A stretch of DNA of 64,000 bases from the IMG/VR virus record IMGVR_UViG_3300027708_001637; one strand, given 5' to 3'. Shown here in pieces: positions 19,082-28,322 of the stretch (positions within the stretch are counted from its first letter, which is position 1; every line of letters starts with the position of its first letter). Below the pieces are notes generated by a model. That model made no database searches, was not told where the DNA came from, and saw nothing but the letters and a program-made list of their open reading frames with translations. The position numbers were made by a program, and so were the translations under genes. This stretch comes from a virus.

Positions 19082-20617
19082 TTAAAGAGATGTTCCTGTA
19101 ACTGTAAATGTAGGTGTTGAACCGTTAGACCATCCATAACTGGCGTCGCCATAGCCAATATTACTAGTTCTATAAAAATCAGAAATGTAATACATATAAT
19201 AGGTATGACCAGGTATCACAGATACTGTGCCTGCGCCTATATAAACGTAGCCACCAAAGGTAGTGCTGTTGCTGCTGCCCACTTGAGTGGCATTACGAAT
19301 GTACTGAGAAGTGCCCGTTGTACCATCATATATTTGTATCCCATAATTTCTCATATAATCATAATAATAGGTGTAGGAACGATTGCCATATGCGTCATCC
19401 CTATACGTATAAGCATAACCCATACTAAGATACAAAGACCAAGTACTTATAGTAAGGTAAGCAGTAGATAAGTTGCTTGGAATATAAACACTGCCATAAT
19501 AATTATTAGAGTTTCGAGTAACCCATCCAGCACCGTTGGGAATTTCTCCTCCAAAATAATCATTATCAGCATTGACATTGCCACTATATAGTCCACCTAT
19601 AGAGCCGCCAAATCCATTAAAGGGACTTCTTGCTCCGTAAAAATTACTTAAACTAATTGGTCCTGATGAAGGAATTTGGGTTTCTACACCAAGTGGGTAT
19701 CCCACTGATCCAGTAGGTACTATACCATTGCCAGCATAGTAATCATGTAGACTATATGGACCCCCACTATAATTGAATAGTGCAGGAAGATCGCTTATTG
19801 ATATGGGTGTGTTTTCAAAATAGAATACAATTTGCACGTTCCCAGTGGCACCGTCTTGTCCTGGGTAAAACTGTTCAGGGCAGCAGCAGCCGGGTGGAAG
19901 CCAATTGCCACCGCCGCCACCGCTGCCAGAATTAGCATACGTCCCGTATTGCGCTCCACTATACCCTGCCCCAGAACCCCCACCGTAGCCGCCGCCACCA
20001 CCTGCTGCTCCATAGGGCTGGGCGAAGACGCCGCCGCCCCCGCCTGCACCATAATAGCCCCATCGGACGTTTGGAAATACTGAAAAAGTGTAATAGTAGT
20101 AAGGGACACCACCACCGGCGGTAGCTTCTCTGCCGCCGCCGTCATAGCCGTCACCGCCCTGCCCCCCTGAAGCACCTGTATAGCTATATGTAGCACCGTA
20201 TGTCTGATACTGGTTAGTGGGCGACGCATAAGTTCCGCCGCCAGCGCCGCCCGGACTAGGATTTCCATAGTACACGCTACCGCCGCCCGCGCCGCCATAG
20301 GCTTGAAAATCAAGACTACCTTGAGTGGCACCAATTATTCTTACGCGACTTTGAGCCCCGGTGGAACCAGCTTCGCCACGTCCAGCACCTTTGCCACCTG
20401 CGCCCACTGTTACATATATGGGTGTGCCTTGGGTAATTGGTATATCTGTGGCAGCAAATACACCACCCCCGCCACCACCACCACCGCCATTAACATAGCC
20501 GCTGCCGCCACCCCCGCCACCACCTACTAAAAATACAGCCATTCGGGTAGCACCCTTGGGCGCCACAAAACTGTTGTTGGTGGCAGTGAAAAAATAAACG
20601 TGACTTGAGTAGGCCAT
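19082..20617 (-). CDS. Glycine-rich tail fibre/adhesin-like virion protein
   Basis: LVGGGGGGG glycine-rich domain followed by the SLHDYYAG...IPSSGPISLSNFYG fibre motif. Confidence 0.75.
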   Translation of the reverse strand: MAYSSHVYFFTATNNSFVAPKGATRMAVFLVGGGGGGGSGYVNGGGGGGGGGVFAATDIPITQGTPIYVTVGAGGKGAGRGEAGSTGAQSRVRIIGATQGSLDFQAYGGAGGGSVYYGNPSPGGAGGGTYASPTNQYQTYGATYSYTGASGGQGGDGYDGGGREATAGGGVPYYYYTFSVFPNVRWGYYGAGGGGGVFAQPYGAAGGGGGYGGGSGAGYSGAQYGTYANSGSGGGGGNWLPPGCCCPEQFYPGQDGATGNVQIVFYFENTPISISDLPALFNYSGGPYSLHDYYAGNGIVPTGSVGYPLGVETQIPSSGPISLSNFYGARSPFNGFGGSIGGLYSGNVNADNDYFGGEIPNGAGWVTRNSNNYYGSVYIPSNLSTAYLTISTWSLYLSMGYAYTYRDDAYGNRSYTYYYDYMRNYGIQIYDGTTGTSQYIRNATQVGSSNSTTFGGYVYIGAGTVSVIPGHTYYMYYISDFYRTSNIGYGDASYGWSNGSTPTFTVTGTSL

Positions 20618-20624
20618 ATAACTA

Positions 20625-20936
20625 TTATTCCGTCAAAGCAGGCACAAGTATTTTGCTGTTATCAGTAAACATATTGACAAATACTGTATTGTCTTTTAGT
20701 GCCGTAACTTCGTGCCAACGGTCTCGTGGCAACAATATAGGAGGATCGCCCTCGCATAAATTAATCAAACCCTCGCGATCCTGTATTCGAACTTGACAGT
20801 GGCCCGCAAGGCACAGGGTCAAATGCTCAAAATTATGTTGGTGAGGAATTAGACCCTCGCCCTTGTTGACCCTATAAATGTCTGTTCGAACAAGGTCAAA
20901 TACAAAGGTTTGACAGGGTTTAACAGGCATGGTCAT
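20625..20936 (-). CDS. Cupin-fold protein
   Basis: PHQHNFEH...LLPRDRWHEVTALKDNTVF. Confidence 0.75.
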   Translation of the reverse strand: MTMPVKPCQTFVFDLVRTDIYRVNKGEGLIPHQHNFEHLTLCLAGHCQVRIQDREGLINLCEGDPPILLPRDRWHEVTALKDNTVFVNMFTDNSKILVPALTE

Positions 20937-21250
20937 ATGGTGGTAACACCTTCTGTGGCCACTGTGCCAGTATTGATCATGTAACCTGGGCGTATGGGTG
21001 GGCTGGGAAAGGGTGTGGGTACACCATCACTTACTAGAACCGCTATTTGATCCCACCCAGTGGCAGTGCTGACTGTGTCCCAACGATTTTGGGGATTTAG
21101 GCCCTGCACCCACCCCTCAAAGAGGTCACCAGTTAAAAATTGCCCATCTACACAGGGTACTGATATATTATAGGGATGTTGATATTCAAATTGAATAGTT
21201 ACAGTGCCATTGTCTTCATTGGCAGCAAGAATTTTATATGATAGAGACAT
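20933..21250 (-). CDS. Hypothetical protein, possible fibre-associated chaperone
   Basis: Overlaps the cupin start; lies upstream of the fibre gene. Confidence 0.6.
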   Translation of the reverse strand: MSLSYKILAANEDNGTVTIQFEYQHPYNISVPCVDGQFLTGDLFEGWVQGLNPQNRWDTVSTATGWDQIAVLVSDGVPTPFPSPPIRPGYMINTGTVATEGVTTI

Positions 21251-21478
21251 TGAATGAGATACCTTATAATCGCGTGTATAGCATATTTAGCAGCCGTTAT
21301 AATATGGCCTAATATTCCTCAAAGTTCTGTACAAGTATTTCCCGTGTAGGTCATAGGGTATTCTTTCTCTTGTATATGGATATTTATCACACCCCACCAC
21401 ATACTGTTGACAAGGCCCTCTTTAGATATTATAATACACACACGTATATAGATAAACCCCCACACATACAAACCCATT

Positions 21479-22057
21479 ATGGCCTACTATACTATCAAAG
21501 ATCTCAACCAACTCAATCACAAGGATGCTAAACGCATAGCCCAACGTCAAGGCACCCAGCGTCAAAGACACAGGTCTTATAGCGAAATTAAAAAACATCC
21601 CCTGTGCAGTACCAAAAATTGCGGCAATACCAGAACTGTAATGGACTATCATTGGACCAGTGGTGCACCCATTTATCGTCCAGTTTGTGCCCAATGTCAT
21701 CAAAACAATACAGTGATGAGATATCGAGCAAAAACAAAAGTCACTTGGATTGATACTATTGGCGACATCATGGCACATAAAGCTGGCTTTGACAACCTCA
21801 ATGACTACTTGAACAGTAAACACACTTATAGAAAATATCGAAAAGACTACTGTGAAAATAGGGATGCTAGATTGGGATTTACCTGTACAACTACTATAGT
21901 TTGGAAAGGTATGCTGGACACTGATCATATAGATGGTGATCCCAGTAATGATGATGCCAGTAATATGCAGACTCTTTGCAAGTGCTGTCACAGTTATAAG
22001 ACTCATGTCAATGAAGACTATGCTTCACAGGGAAGAAAAGCATTGGGAATTAGGTAA
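21479..22057 (+). CDS. HNH-type (His-Me finger) endonuclease
   Basis: LDTDHIDGDPSNDDASNMQTLCKCCHSYKT; promoter TTGACA(21407)-17-TATAAT(21430). Confidence 0.8.
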   Translation: MAYYTIKDLNQLNHKDAKRIAQRQGTQRQRHRSYSEIKKHPLCSTKNCGNTRTVMDYHWTSGAPIYRPVCAQCHQNNTVMRYRAKTKVTWIDTIGDIMAHKAGFDNLNDYLNSKHTYRKYRKDYCENRDARLGFTCTTTIVWKGMLDTDHIDGDPSNDDASNMQTLCKCCHSYKTHVNEDYASQGRKALGIR

Positions 22058-22115
22058 AGTATAATGAAACACTTGATAACCCTTTTGGTATATTTTCCTT
22101 ATGGTATTAGGGACT

Positions 22116-22290
22116 ATAAAACCCCGCTGTAAGGTAGTGCTATATACACACTCGATACACTGGATAAAACCCCGCTGTAAGGTAGTGTAGGGTTACACTA
22201 TCAGGAGTAGTTGATACCCTGTCCGGAGGACCCCTGAAGGGGAATAACCCGCTGTAACCCTAGGGCATATATGCAAAAACCCCGCTGCAC
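22116..22290 (+). repeat. Iteron-like direct repeats
   Basis: ATAAAACCCCGCTGTAAGGTAGTG exact at 22116 and 22164; partial AACCC(C)GCTG copies at ~22246 and ~22275. Confidence 0.85.
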
Positions 22291-22633
22291 AGGTGGGCGG
22301 AGGACCAAAGAAAATACTTAGATGCGCTGTAGAGTATTTGGCGATAGCCTGTCTACGGTGTCAACCATTCTGTCGCACTATAGCAACGATTTTCTACGAT
22401 TTTCCGCCCTAGATTAGACAATTTTTGCGCATTCTGGGGCCAAAATCCCTCTGAAATGGTGTCAAATACTACCAAAACCTGCTCAAAAACCTGGTGATTC
22501 TGTGGTGAAATAGCAACGGCGTCAACAACTCTTGATTGCTCTAACCGTGCCTACCGTGTATAATAAGTACATAGTGTAGAGACAGTGTGTCGAGTATATA
22601 GTATAATATATAGTGTGTTGAGTGACTCTACGC

Positions 22634-22669
22634 TATATAGTGTATATAGTGTATATAGTGTATATAGTA
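22634..22669. repeat. AT-rich 9-bp tandem repeat (TATATAGTG)x4
   Basis: Three exact copies and one variant directly upstream of the tRNA. Confidence 0.85.
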
Positions 22670-22682
22670 GTGTGTATACAGT

Positions 22683-22759
<77 letters not shown>

Positions 22760-22789
22760 TTGATCAACCTTTCACTACGTAAGACCGAC

Positions 22790-22980
22790 TTGTCCACAGG
22801 TTATTCAACCTTTCACTGCACAGGATCGACTTATTCACAAGTTATCCACAGGGTTTCTGGTTATCCACAGCTTATTCACAAGTTGTCCACAAGTTATCCA
22901 CAGGGCAGAGTTATTCACAAGTTGTCCACAGCTTATCCACAATTTTCTGTTATCCACAGGATACTCACAGCTTATCCACA
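22790..22980 (+). promoter_or_regulatory. Array of 12 co-oriented DnaA boxes phased at 11 bp
   Basis: TTATCCACA at 22842, 22861, 22894, 22933, 22950, 22972; TTATTCACA at 22831, 22872, 22911; TTGTCCACA at 22790, 22883, 22922. Confidence 0.88.
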
Positions 22981-23244
22981 GCCTGCTTCAACGACCAAGT
23001 ACTGCGCAGAGTGCATTGTACTGCTCAAACCTTACAGGCTCCTTACGACCACACGACCATTGTGGTCATTAAAGACTCGCGCACCCTCCACGTCCACCCC
23101 AGGCCTGCTTTCGAATATGAGTGTATTATAGCAGGGTTTCCTTACAGGAACCTTACAACCCTGAAGGCAGTGTGGGATTAGAAAGCGGTTGACAGTGAGT
23201 GCAAACGGCCTTATAATAACAGCTTACACACACTAGGAGCACGT

Positions 23245-23406
23245 ATGCAAGTAAAACAGGAAATTTTAGCACTACTGATGCAGGTTGAGCAATTGCTGCT
23301 GGAAGCACAGTGCGATGGCAAACAGTTTGCAGAGCTGGACTGTTTTGAAGAAGCAGACCTGGCAGTAGCACACTTAACACAAGTGGTTGACTATTACGTA
23401 GATTAA
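23245..23406 (+). CDS. Early cassette ORF (53 aa, not in track)
   Basis: Promoter and AGGAG leader; MQVKQEILALL...VDYYVD. Confidence 0.8.
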   Translation: MQVKQEILALLMQVEQLLLEAQCDGKQFAELDCFEEADLAVAHLTQVVDYYVD

Positions 23407-23442
23407 TGTTATAATACAGTTTTAACACACTAAGGAGCACTT

Positions 23443-23829
23443 ATGCAAGTTTTTACTACACTGCACACAGACGGTGGCGGTTACTGGTCGCGCACTGCAA
23501 AGTCCGTAGACATTACTAAACTGGACCTGCAGTACTGCACAGCGGAGCGGGATTTTGGCGAGCTGTGCGTATACTTTACAGGGGACACTTGGGACTGTGC
23601 TAAAATGGGTCTAATTTACACAGACCGGCAGTTTATGCGGGAATTGCAAGCATACCTGCAGACTTTGGGCTTTAGTGAAGCTGAAGCTAAAGATGTAAGT
23701 TACAGCGAGCAGGGTATGCAAACAGGCCGCTATGTGAGTTGTGATGTAGGGTCTACATTTATTGCAGGCCTTGCACGTTTGGACCCTGTGCACGTGGCCG
23801 CTGTAGTTGCTGAGTGCTGGGACATTTAA
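23443..23829 (+). CDS. Early cassette hypothetical protein
   Basis: Own promoter and AAGGAG SD. Confidence 0.85.
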   Translation: MQVFTTLHTDGGGYWSRTAKSVDITKLDLQYCTAERDFGELCVYFTGDTWDCAKMGLIYTDRQFMRELQAYLQTLGFSEAEAKDVSYSEQGMQTGRYVSCDVGSTFIAGLARLDPVHVAAVVAECWDI

Positions 23830-23910
23830 AGACCCTACAGGGAGCAGGGTCATTAGTTGACACTGTTCCCGTTCTGTTGTATAATAACGGCTTACACACA
23901 CTAGGAGTTG

Positions 23911-24027
23911 ATGATGCGTACACTGATAGACATACTGATTGATTTGAAAAATGCTATTGCAGTAGCAGACATAGAAACAGCAGAAGATTTAGCAAACGAA
24001 GCACTAGATTTTGCTACACAGGAATAA
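23911..24027 (+). CDS. Early cassette ORF (38 aa, not in track)
   Basis: Own promoter and SD; MMRTLIDILIDLKNAI. Confidence 0.7.
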   Translation: MMRTLIDILIDLKNAIAVADIETAEDLANEALDFATQE

Positions 24028-24106
24028 CCCTACAGTGCACAGGGTCTTTGGTTGACGCTGTGCACTTTTGGCATTATAATGTATGCTTACACACTAAGGA
24101 GCGCTT

Positions 24107-24370
24107 ATGTTAACAGTTGATCAAACTACACGTTCGTACACAGGTCGTCCAGGATGTATGTGCGGCTGCATGGGCACGTACAATGAGAGCCTGCGTGCCC
24201 GCAAAATGGCCATTACGGCCTTGCTTAAAAATCCAGCAGTTCGTTACGACACGTGGTGTGGTGGTACAGAGGGCGCCCTGTTTGTAGTTACTGCGACCCG
24301 CAACCGTGTACTGTACTTGACAGAGGCGGGCGTGAAAACTGTGCAGGCACTGGGCGTAAAGTCCGAGTAA
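24107..24370 (+). CDS. Early cassette hypothetical protein
   Basis: Own promoter and SD; GCMCGC motif. Confidence 0.85.
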   Translation: MLTVDQTTRSYTGRPGCMCGCMGTYNESLRARKMAITALLKNPAVRYDTWCGGTEGALFVVTATRNRVLYLTEAGVKTVQALGVKSE

Positions 24371-24442
24371 ACTGTAGGGGCAAGGGTTGACAGCCTTGCC
24401 CTAAGGCGTTATAATAACAGCTTACACACACTAGGAGTAGAT

Positions 24443-24727
24443 ATGTTCACTACAGACAACCAAGTAGCACTCAAAGCAGAGTTGGATCAGATGTACGCAG
24501 ATCAGGGCGCTGCGTTCACCTCAGGTTACCTGAACAGCATGGCACAGGAAATGCTGAACCTTATGCCCAAGCGCCAGCAGAAGGCATTTATCAAACAGGT
24601 TGCTACCTTCAACGGTCGCCAGCTGGTCACTGTGAAAAACTGTTTGACTGGTGCAGACGTTGAGATCCGCAGGGAAGACAGGGGCACGGTAAACGATCCT
24701 AGCATGGAACGATTCCACTCAATGTGA
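24443..24727 (+). CDS. Early cassette hypothetical protein
   Basis: Own promoter and SD. Confidence 0.85.
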   Translation: MFTTDNQVALKAELDQMYADQGAAFTSGYLNSMAQEMLNLMPKRQQKAFIKQVATFNGRQLVTVKNCLTGADVEIRREDRGTVNDPSMERFHSM

Positions 24728-24786
24728 GGTTGACAGGGACTGGGTTCCCTGTCATAATAACGGCTTACACACACTAAGGAGCAGAG

Positions 24787-24981
24787 ATGGCAAGAGCAGA
24801 TCAAATCCATACCGCACTGGACGAGCTGGAAGCAGCCGCACAAGTCTTCATTGAAGCCATTGCAGAGTTCAAGCGCACATACACACCCAACACGGTGGAT
24901 CTCTTGGCTTGGCAAGCGGGCATTGAAGACGTCGTGTACGAGATCCAGGAAGACATTGAAGTAGAGTTGGAAAGCCGTTGA
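24787..24981 (+). CDS. Early cassette hypothetical protein
   Basis: Own promoter and SD; stop lies inside the next -35. Confidence 0.85.
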   Translation: MARADQIHTALDELEAAAQVFIEAIAEFKRTYTPNTVDLLAWQAGIEDVVYEIQEDIEVELESR

Positions 24982-25034
24982 CAGTTTGAGCAAACGGTTG
25001 TATAATACAGACTTACACACACTAAGGAGCTGAT

Positions 25035-25250
25035 ATGACACGTGAAGCAACTACTAGACTGCTGTCTATGATGGATGAGGGTCTCATCTCTGCAGAGGCA
25101 GTGGCTGAGATGGCCCTTGCTTATATGAGTGAGGATGAGGTGGCAGACATGATGCGAAGCAACGACATCCTGGATGAGGATGAGGAAGACGAGTATGATG
25201 GCCAGCCCGACGAAGCCCAAGAGTGGGCAGACTTTGATCCTGAATGCTAA
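25035..25250 (+). CDS. Early cassette acidic hypothetical protein
   Basis: Own promoter and SD; D/E-rich C-terminus. Confidence 0.85.
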   Translation: MTREATTRLLSMMDEGLISAEAVAEMALAYMSEDEVADMMRSNDILDEDEEDEYDGQPDEAQEWADFDPEC

Positions 25251-25260
25251 GGAGTAAGAC

Positions 25261-25464
25261 ATGAGCGGTGCATTCTTCTTCATTGAATACCAAGATGGTC
25301 ATGTAACTGAGATCGAGTTTAAAGATCCAGCAAAGGCTCGAAAGGCCTATAAGAACTATGCAAAGCAACCTGAGGACACGGCTAAGAGTTGGGGATGGGA
25401 CACCAAATACGAAGCGCCCACCTTGACTCAGCAGATTCGTGCAAAAAAGGCATTGACAGTCTAG
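25261..25464 (+). CDS. Early hypothetical protein
   Basis: AAGGAG SD, no separate promoter. Confidence 0.8.
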   Translation: MSGAFFFIEYQDGHVTEIEFKDPAKARKAYKNYAKQPEDTAKSWGWDTKYEAPTLTQQIRAKKALTV

Positions 25465-25513
25465 GCAAATGATCGTATAATACATACTTCAACAACGCAC
25501 TTAGGAGAACACT

Positions 25514-25804
25514 ATGTCCATTCAAACTATCAACGCAGAAATCCTCGCAGGTAACTTTACCAATGACCAACTGTCCCTCATCATTGACGCTGTCAAGTTC
25601 GCTCGTGCACGACTGATGGAAGTAAACAAGCGCAGTCTGCAGATTGGCGACAATGTCAACTTTACGTCCAGCAAGACAGGGCAGAACATTACGGGCGTGG
25701 TGATGAAGATTGCTATCAAGTTCGTCACTGTTAAAACGGTGCAGGGTCTGTGGCGTGTTCCAGCTAATATGCTGTCAAAGGTTGAAGACCGAGAATTTGC
25801 ATAA
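25514..25804 (+). CDS. Early cassette hypothetical protein (SH3-like C-terminus possible)
   Basis: Own promoter and SD; IGDNVNF...TGVVMKI...WRVPANML. Confidence 0.85.
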   Translation: MSIQTINAEILAGNFTNDQLSLIIDAVKFARARLMEVNKRSLQIGDNVNFTSSKTGQNITGVVMKIAIKFVTVKTVQGLWRVPANMLSKVEDREFA

Positions 25805-25868
25805 AAGGCTTGACAGGGGAACGAGCCCCTGTTATAATAACGACTTACACAGCAACTAAGGAGCAGAG

Positions 25869-26126
25869 ATGAAAGCATTGCAAGCATACGTGGATCAGAA
25901 GAACCGTTGGAACGCGATCTTCAACGGCAAACAATATGAGATCGTGAGCAAGTTTGGTCGCCAGGAAGTGGCTGGTATGTTGGACGCAGACTTGAGTCCA
26001 GAGAACTTGACCTGCGATGGCGAACTGCCCCGTGCAGAAGTCAATCGTCGCTATCGGGAACTGACTGGTGCCGCACGGGACTTGATCAAGTTGGATCCCA
26101 CTGTTAAGATGTACGAATTTGCCTAA
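25869..26126 (+). CDS. Early cassette hypothetical protein
   Basis: Own promoter and SD; LSPENLTCDGEL. Confidence 0.85.
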   Translation: MKALQAYVDQKNRWNAIFNGKQYEIVSKFGRQEVAGMLDADLSPENLTCDGELPRAEVNRRYRELTGAARDLIKLDPTVKMYEFA

Positions 26127-26186
26127 GGTGTTGACACAGGAGCGATCCTGTGTTACAATACACACTTACACACTAAGGAGCACACG

Positions 26187-26369
26187 ATGACTTGGGAAGA
26201 CTTGAAAGACATGATCAAAGACTTCACTGAAGAACAGCTGAAGCAGACAGTGACTATCTATGTAAGCGGCGTGGGCGAATACTACGCTCCCGTAGGCGAC
26301 TATCCCCTAGTTGAAAGCGACGACACCTGTGACGTGTTGGACCCTGGTCACAAATACCTTGTAATCTAA
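26187..26369 (+). CDS. Early cassette hypothetical protein
   Basis: Own promoter and SD. Confidence 0.8.
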   Translation: MTWEDLKDMIKDFTEEQLKQTVTIYVSGVGEYYAPVGDYPLVESDDTCDVLDPGHKYLVI

Positions 26370-26378
26370 GGAGCTGAT

Positions 26379-26561
26379 ATGGATAGAGACGAAATGATTG
26401 ACTACTTGATCAACGGCGACTTCCAGTACATCATGGAATGCGCCAATGGTCCTGAACTGTTGGACAGTTACCTGGGCTATGGCTTCAAAGGTTACCGCAA
26501 TTTTACCGACGCAGAACTCACAGCTGAATACGAACAACGCAAGGAGATGGAAAATGCCTAA
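26379..26561 (+). CDS. Early hypothetical protein
   Basis: AAGGAG SD. Confidence 0.8.
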   Translation: MDRDEMIDYLINGDFQYIMECANGPELLDSYLGYGFKGYRNFTDAELTAEYEQRKEMENA

Positions 26562-27156
26562 TTGGTGCTCGAATGGTTTGACCTTGACCCACAAGGATCC
26601 CGCAATGATTGACCGTGTGATCAAAGGCAAGGAGGGCCTATTGCAAGAGTTCATCCCTTGCCCACAGGACTTGACGGATACAGTGAGTGGCTATGTAGGT
26701 GACGAACAGGAGGCCTTAGAGGCTAAACAGGCGGCCAACCGTGAGAAATACGGCTATGCCACTTGGTATGACCACAATGTGGCTGAGTGGGGCACCAAGT
26801 GGGATGTCAGTGCAGACAGCATTGAGCGAGTGGATGCCAACACCGTGCAGATGAGCTTTGACAGTGCGTGGGCTCCTCCAACCAATGCCTATGAGAAGTT
26901 GATGGCTTTGGGCTTTGAAGTTGAAGCAACCTACTACGAGCCTGGTATGGCATTCTGCGGTCGTTGGGACAATGGCCACGATGACTACTTCGAGTATGGC
27001 GGTATGACTGCTGATGAGATCGAAGCCACCTTGCCCAAAGAATTGGATGAAGAATACGGCATCAGTCAAGCGGTAAGTGAGTGGGAGCAGGAGCAGGCCG
27101 GCGAAGAAAATGTTGACATTGAGTTGAACGGTGGTATTGACAGCATCAACGAATGA
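26554..27156 (+). CDS. DUF1281/YubB-like ferredoxin-fold protein
   Basis: Start MPNWCSN after AAGGAG; WYDHNVAEWGTKWD; FDSAWAPP; YYEPGMAFCG. Confidence 0.75.
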   Translation: MPNWCSNGLTLTHKDPAMIDRVIKGKEGLLQEFIPCPQDLTDTVSGYVGDEQEALEAKQAANREKYGYATWYDHNVAEWGTKWDVSADSIERVDANTVQMSFDSAWAPPTNAYEKLMALGFEVEATYYEPGMAFCGRWDNGHDDYFEYGGMTADEIEATLPKELDEEYGISQAVSEWEQEQAGEENVDIELNGGIDSINE

Positions 27157-27191
27157 TTGTATAATACATACTTACACACACTAAGGAGCAG

Positions 27192-27569
27192 ATGATGCAA
27201 CGCTATTACGACGAACTGGCCACTTATGAACGCGATGGCTTTACTGTAATTGTAGACAAGACCTATGAAGACCTTCACCCCCGCGATTGCTTTGAAGCAG
27301 ACGACATTGACGAGATCTGCCGTAAGATTGACAACGGCACCTACGATTGGTTTATGCTCCGTGTCCGCGTTATGGTTGAAGGACTCGAACTTGGTTCGTC
27401 CTACGTGGGCGGATGCTTATACAGTGACGCCCGAGAAGTCCTTACTGACGGGCTTGCCGAGGACTTCATTTGGGAGGCTTTGAAAGAAGCCAAGCCTAAG
27501 GTCTATGCATTGAAGCAGAAGTTCGCTGAGTTGAGCGATATGGTTGACCGTGAGGCTGTGACCTCATGA
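27192..27569 (+). CDS. Early cassette hypothetical protein
   Basis: Own promoter and SD. Confidence 0.85.
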   Translation: MMQRYYDELATYERDGFTVIVDKTYEDLHPRDCFEADDIDEICRKIDNGTYDWFMLRVRVMVEGLELGSSYVGGCLYSDAREVLTDGLAEDFIWEALKEAKPKVYALKQKFAELSDMVDREAVTS

Positions 27570-27793
27570 ATGTGAATCAAGTACTACAGTGGGCAGGCAC
27601 TGCCTGCTTCTTGGCGATGTATACACTGATGAGCTTCTTTCCCGAACAGTATCCTTGGAACATTGTGGCAGGTGCTCTTGGCGGTGGGCTCTACTTGATA
27701 TGGAGTCTACGAGTGCGCAACAAACCACAGACGGTGACTAATATTATCGGCCTGCTGGTGTGCACTGCTGGATTAATACGTGCGTGGGCTTGA
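27566..27793 (+). CDS. Small early membrane protein
   Basis: ATGA overlap; three hydrophobic segments. Confidence 0.8.
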   Translation: MNVNQVLQWAGTACFLAMYTLMSFFPEQYPWNIVAGALGGGLYLIWSLRVRNKPQTVTNIIGLLVCTAGLIRAWA

Positions 27794-27841
27794 CAGCTAC
27801 TGCTTTTGAATATATACTTAGATAACACTACAAGGAATCAT

Positions 27842-28018
27842 ATGGCAGGCAAAGCAAAATCGGTCTACTTGACCATTCTCCCCAAGGGTCAACTCCGTCC
27901 CACTATTCTTCACAAGGTCTTCTTTGATGCCAAAGGCTACAATGAATTCGTCAACACGGAGGAATTCAAGGCCAAGTATCCCAAAGAAGAGTTTGACATT
28001 GTCAAAGAAACCTATTGA
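27842..28018 (+). CDS. Early cassette hypothetical protein
   Basis: Start MAGKAKS after AAGGA. Confidence 0.8.
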   Translation: MAGKAKSVYLTILPKGQLRPTILHKVFFDAKGYNEFVNTEEFKAKYPKEEFDIVKETY

Positions 28019-28069
28019 CACTTGACTGTTTTGGTTGTATAATACATACATCGCAACAAGGAGTGAAGA

Positions 28070-28258
28070 ATGAAAACAGAAATTGAACGCATCCAGGAAC
28101 TGCTGCCCACAGAGTTGTTTGCGGGTAGCAAGGACTGGCGTGAAGGCAGCACTGCTGAGCGAGTCGAGTGGTTACTATCCATGTATGCCAGCGCCCAGCA
28201 GGAAGTTGAGCGTTTGGAGGTTTCGGTTTATCAATTGACCGCCGATGAGAGTTATTAA
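28070..28258 (+). CDS. Early cassette hypothetical protein
   Basis: Own promoter and SD. Confidence 0.8.
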   Translation: MKTEIERIQELLPTELFAGSKDWREGSTAERVEWLLSMYASAQQEVERLEVSVYQLTADESY

Positions 28259-28322
28259 CCCTACTGGTTGACAGGTTGCCAATTTGGTGGTATAATACAT
28301 ACATCGCAACAAGGAGCACACT

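Noticed and set aside
7484-20617. Diversity-generating retroelement acting on fibre genes
   Set aside because: No reverse transcriptase and no TR/VR repeat pair seen.
21422-22006. 194-aa minus-strand ORF
   Set aside because: Antisense to the promoter-led HNH gene.
22761-22775. IHF site next to the DnaA boxes
   Set aside because: GATCAACCTTTCA deviates from WATCAANNNNTTR at two conserved positions; too weak to call.
22760-23131. 123-aa ORF with YPQ/IHKLST repeats
   Set aside because: Translation of the DnaA-box array; TTG start with no SD.
23040-23160. Divergent early promoter on the minus strand (TATAAT at 23130-23125)
   Set aside because: No -35 at 17-bp spacing and no convincing SD-led ORF downstream.
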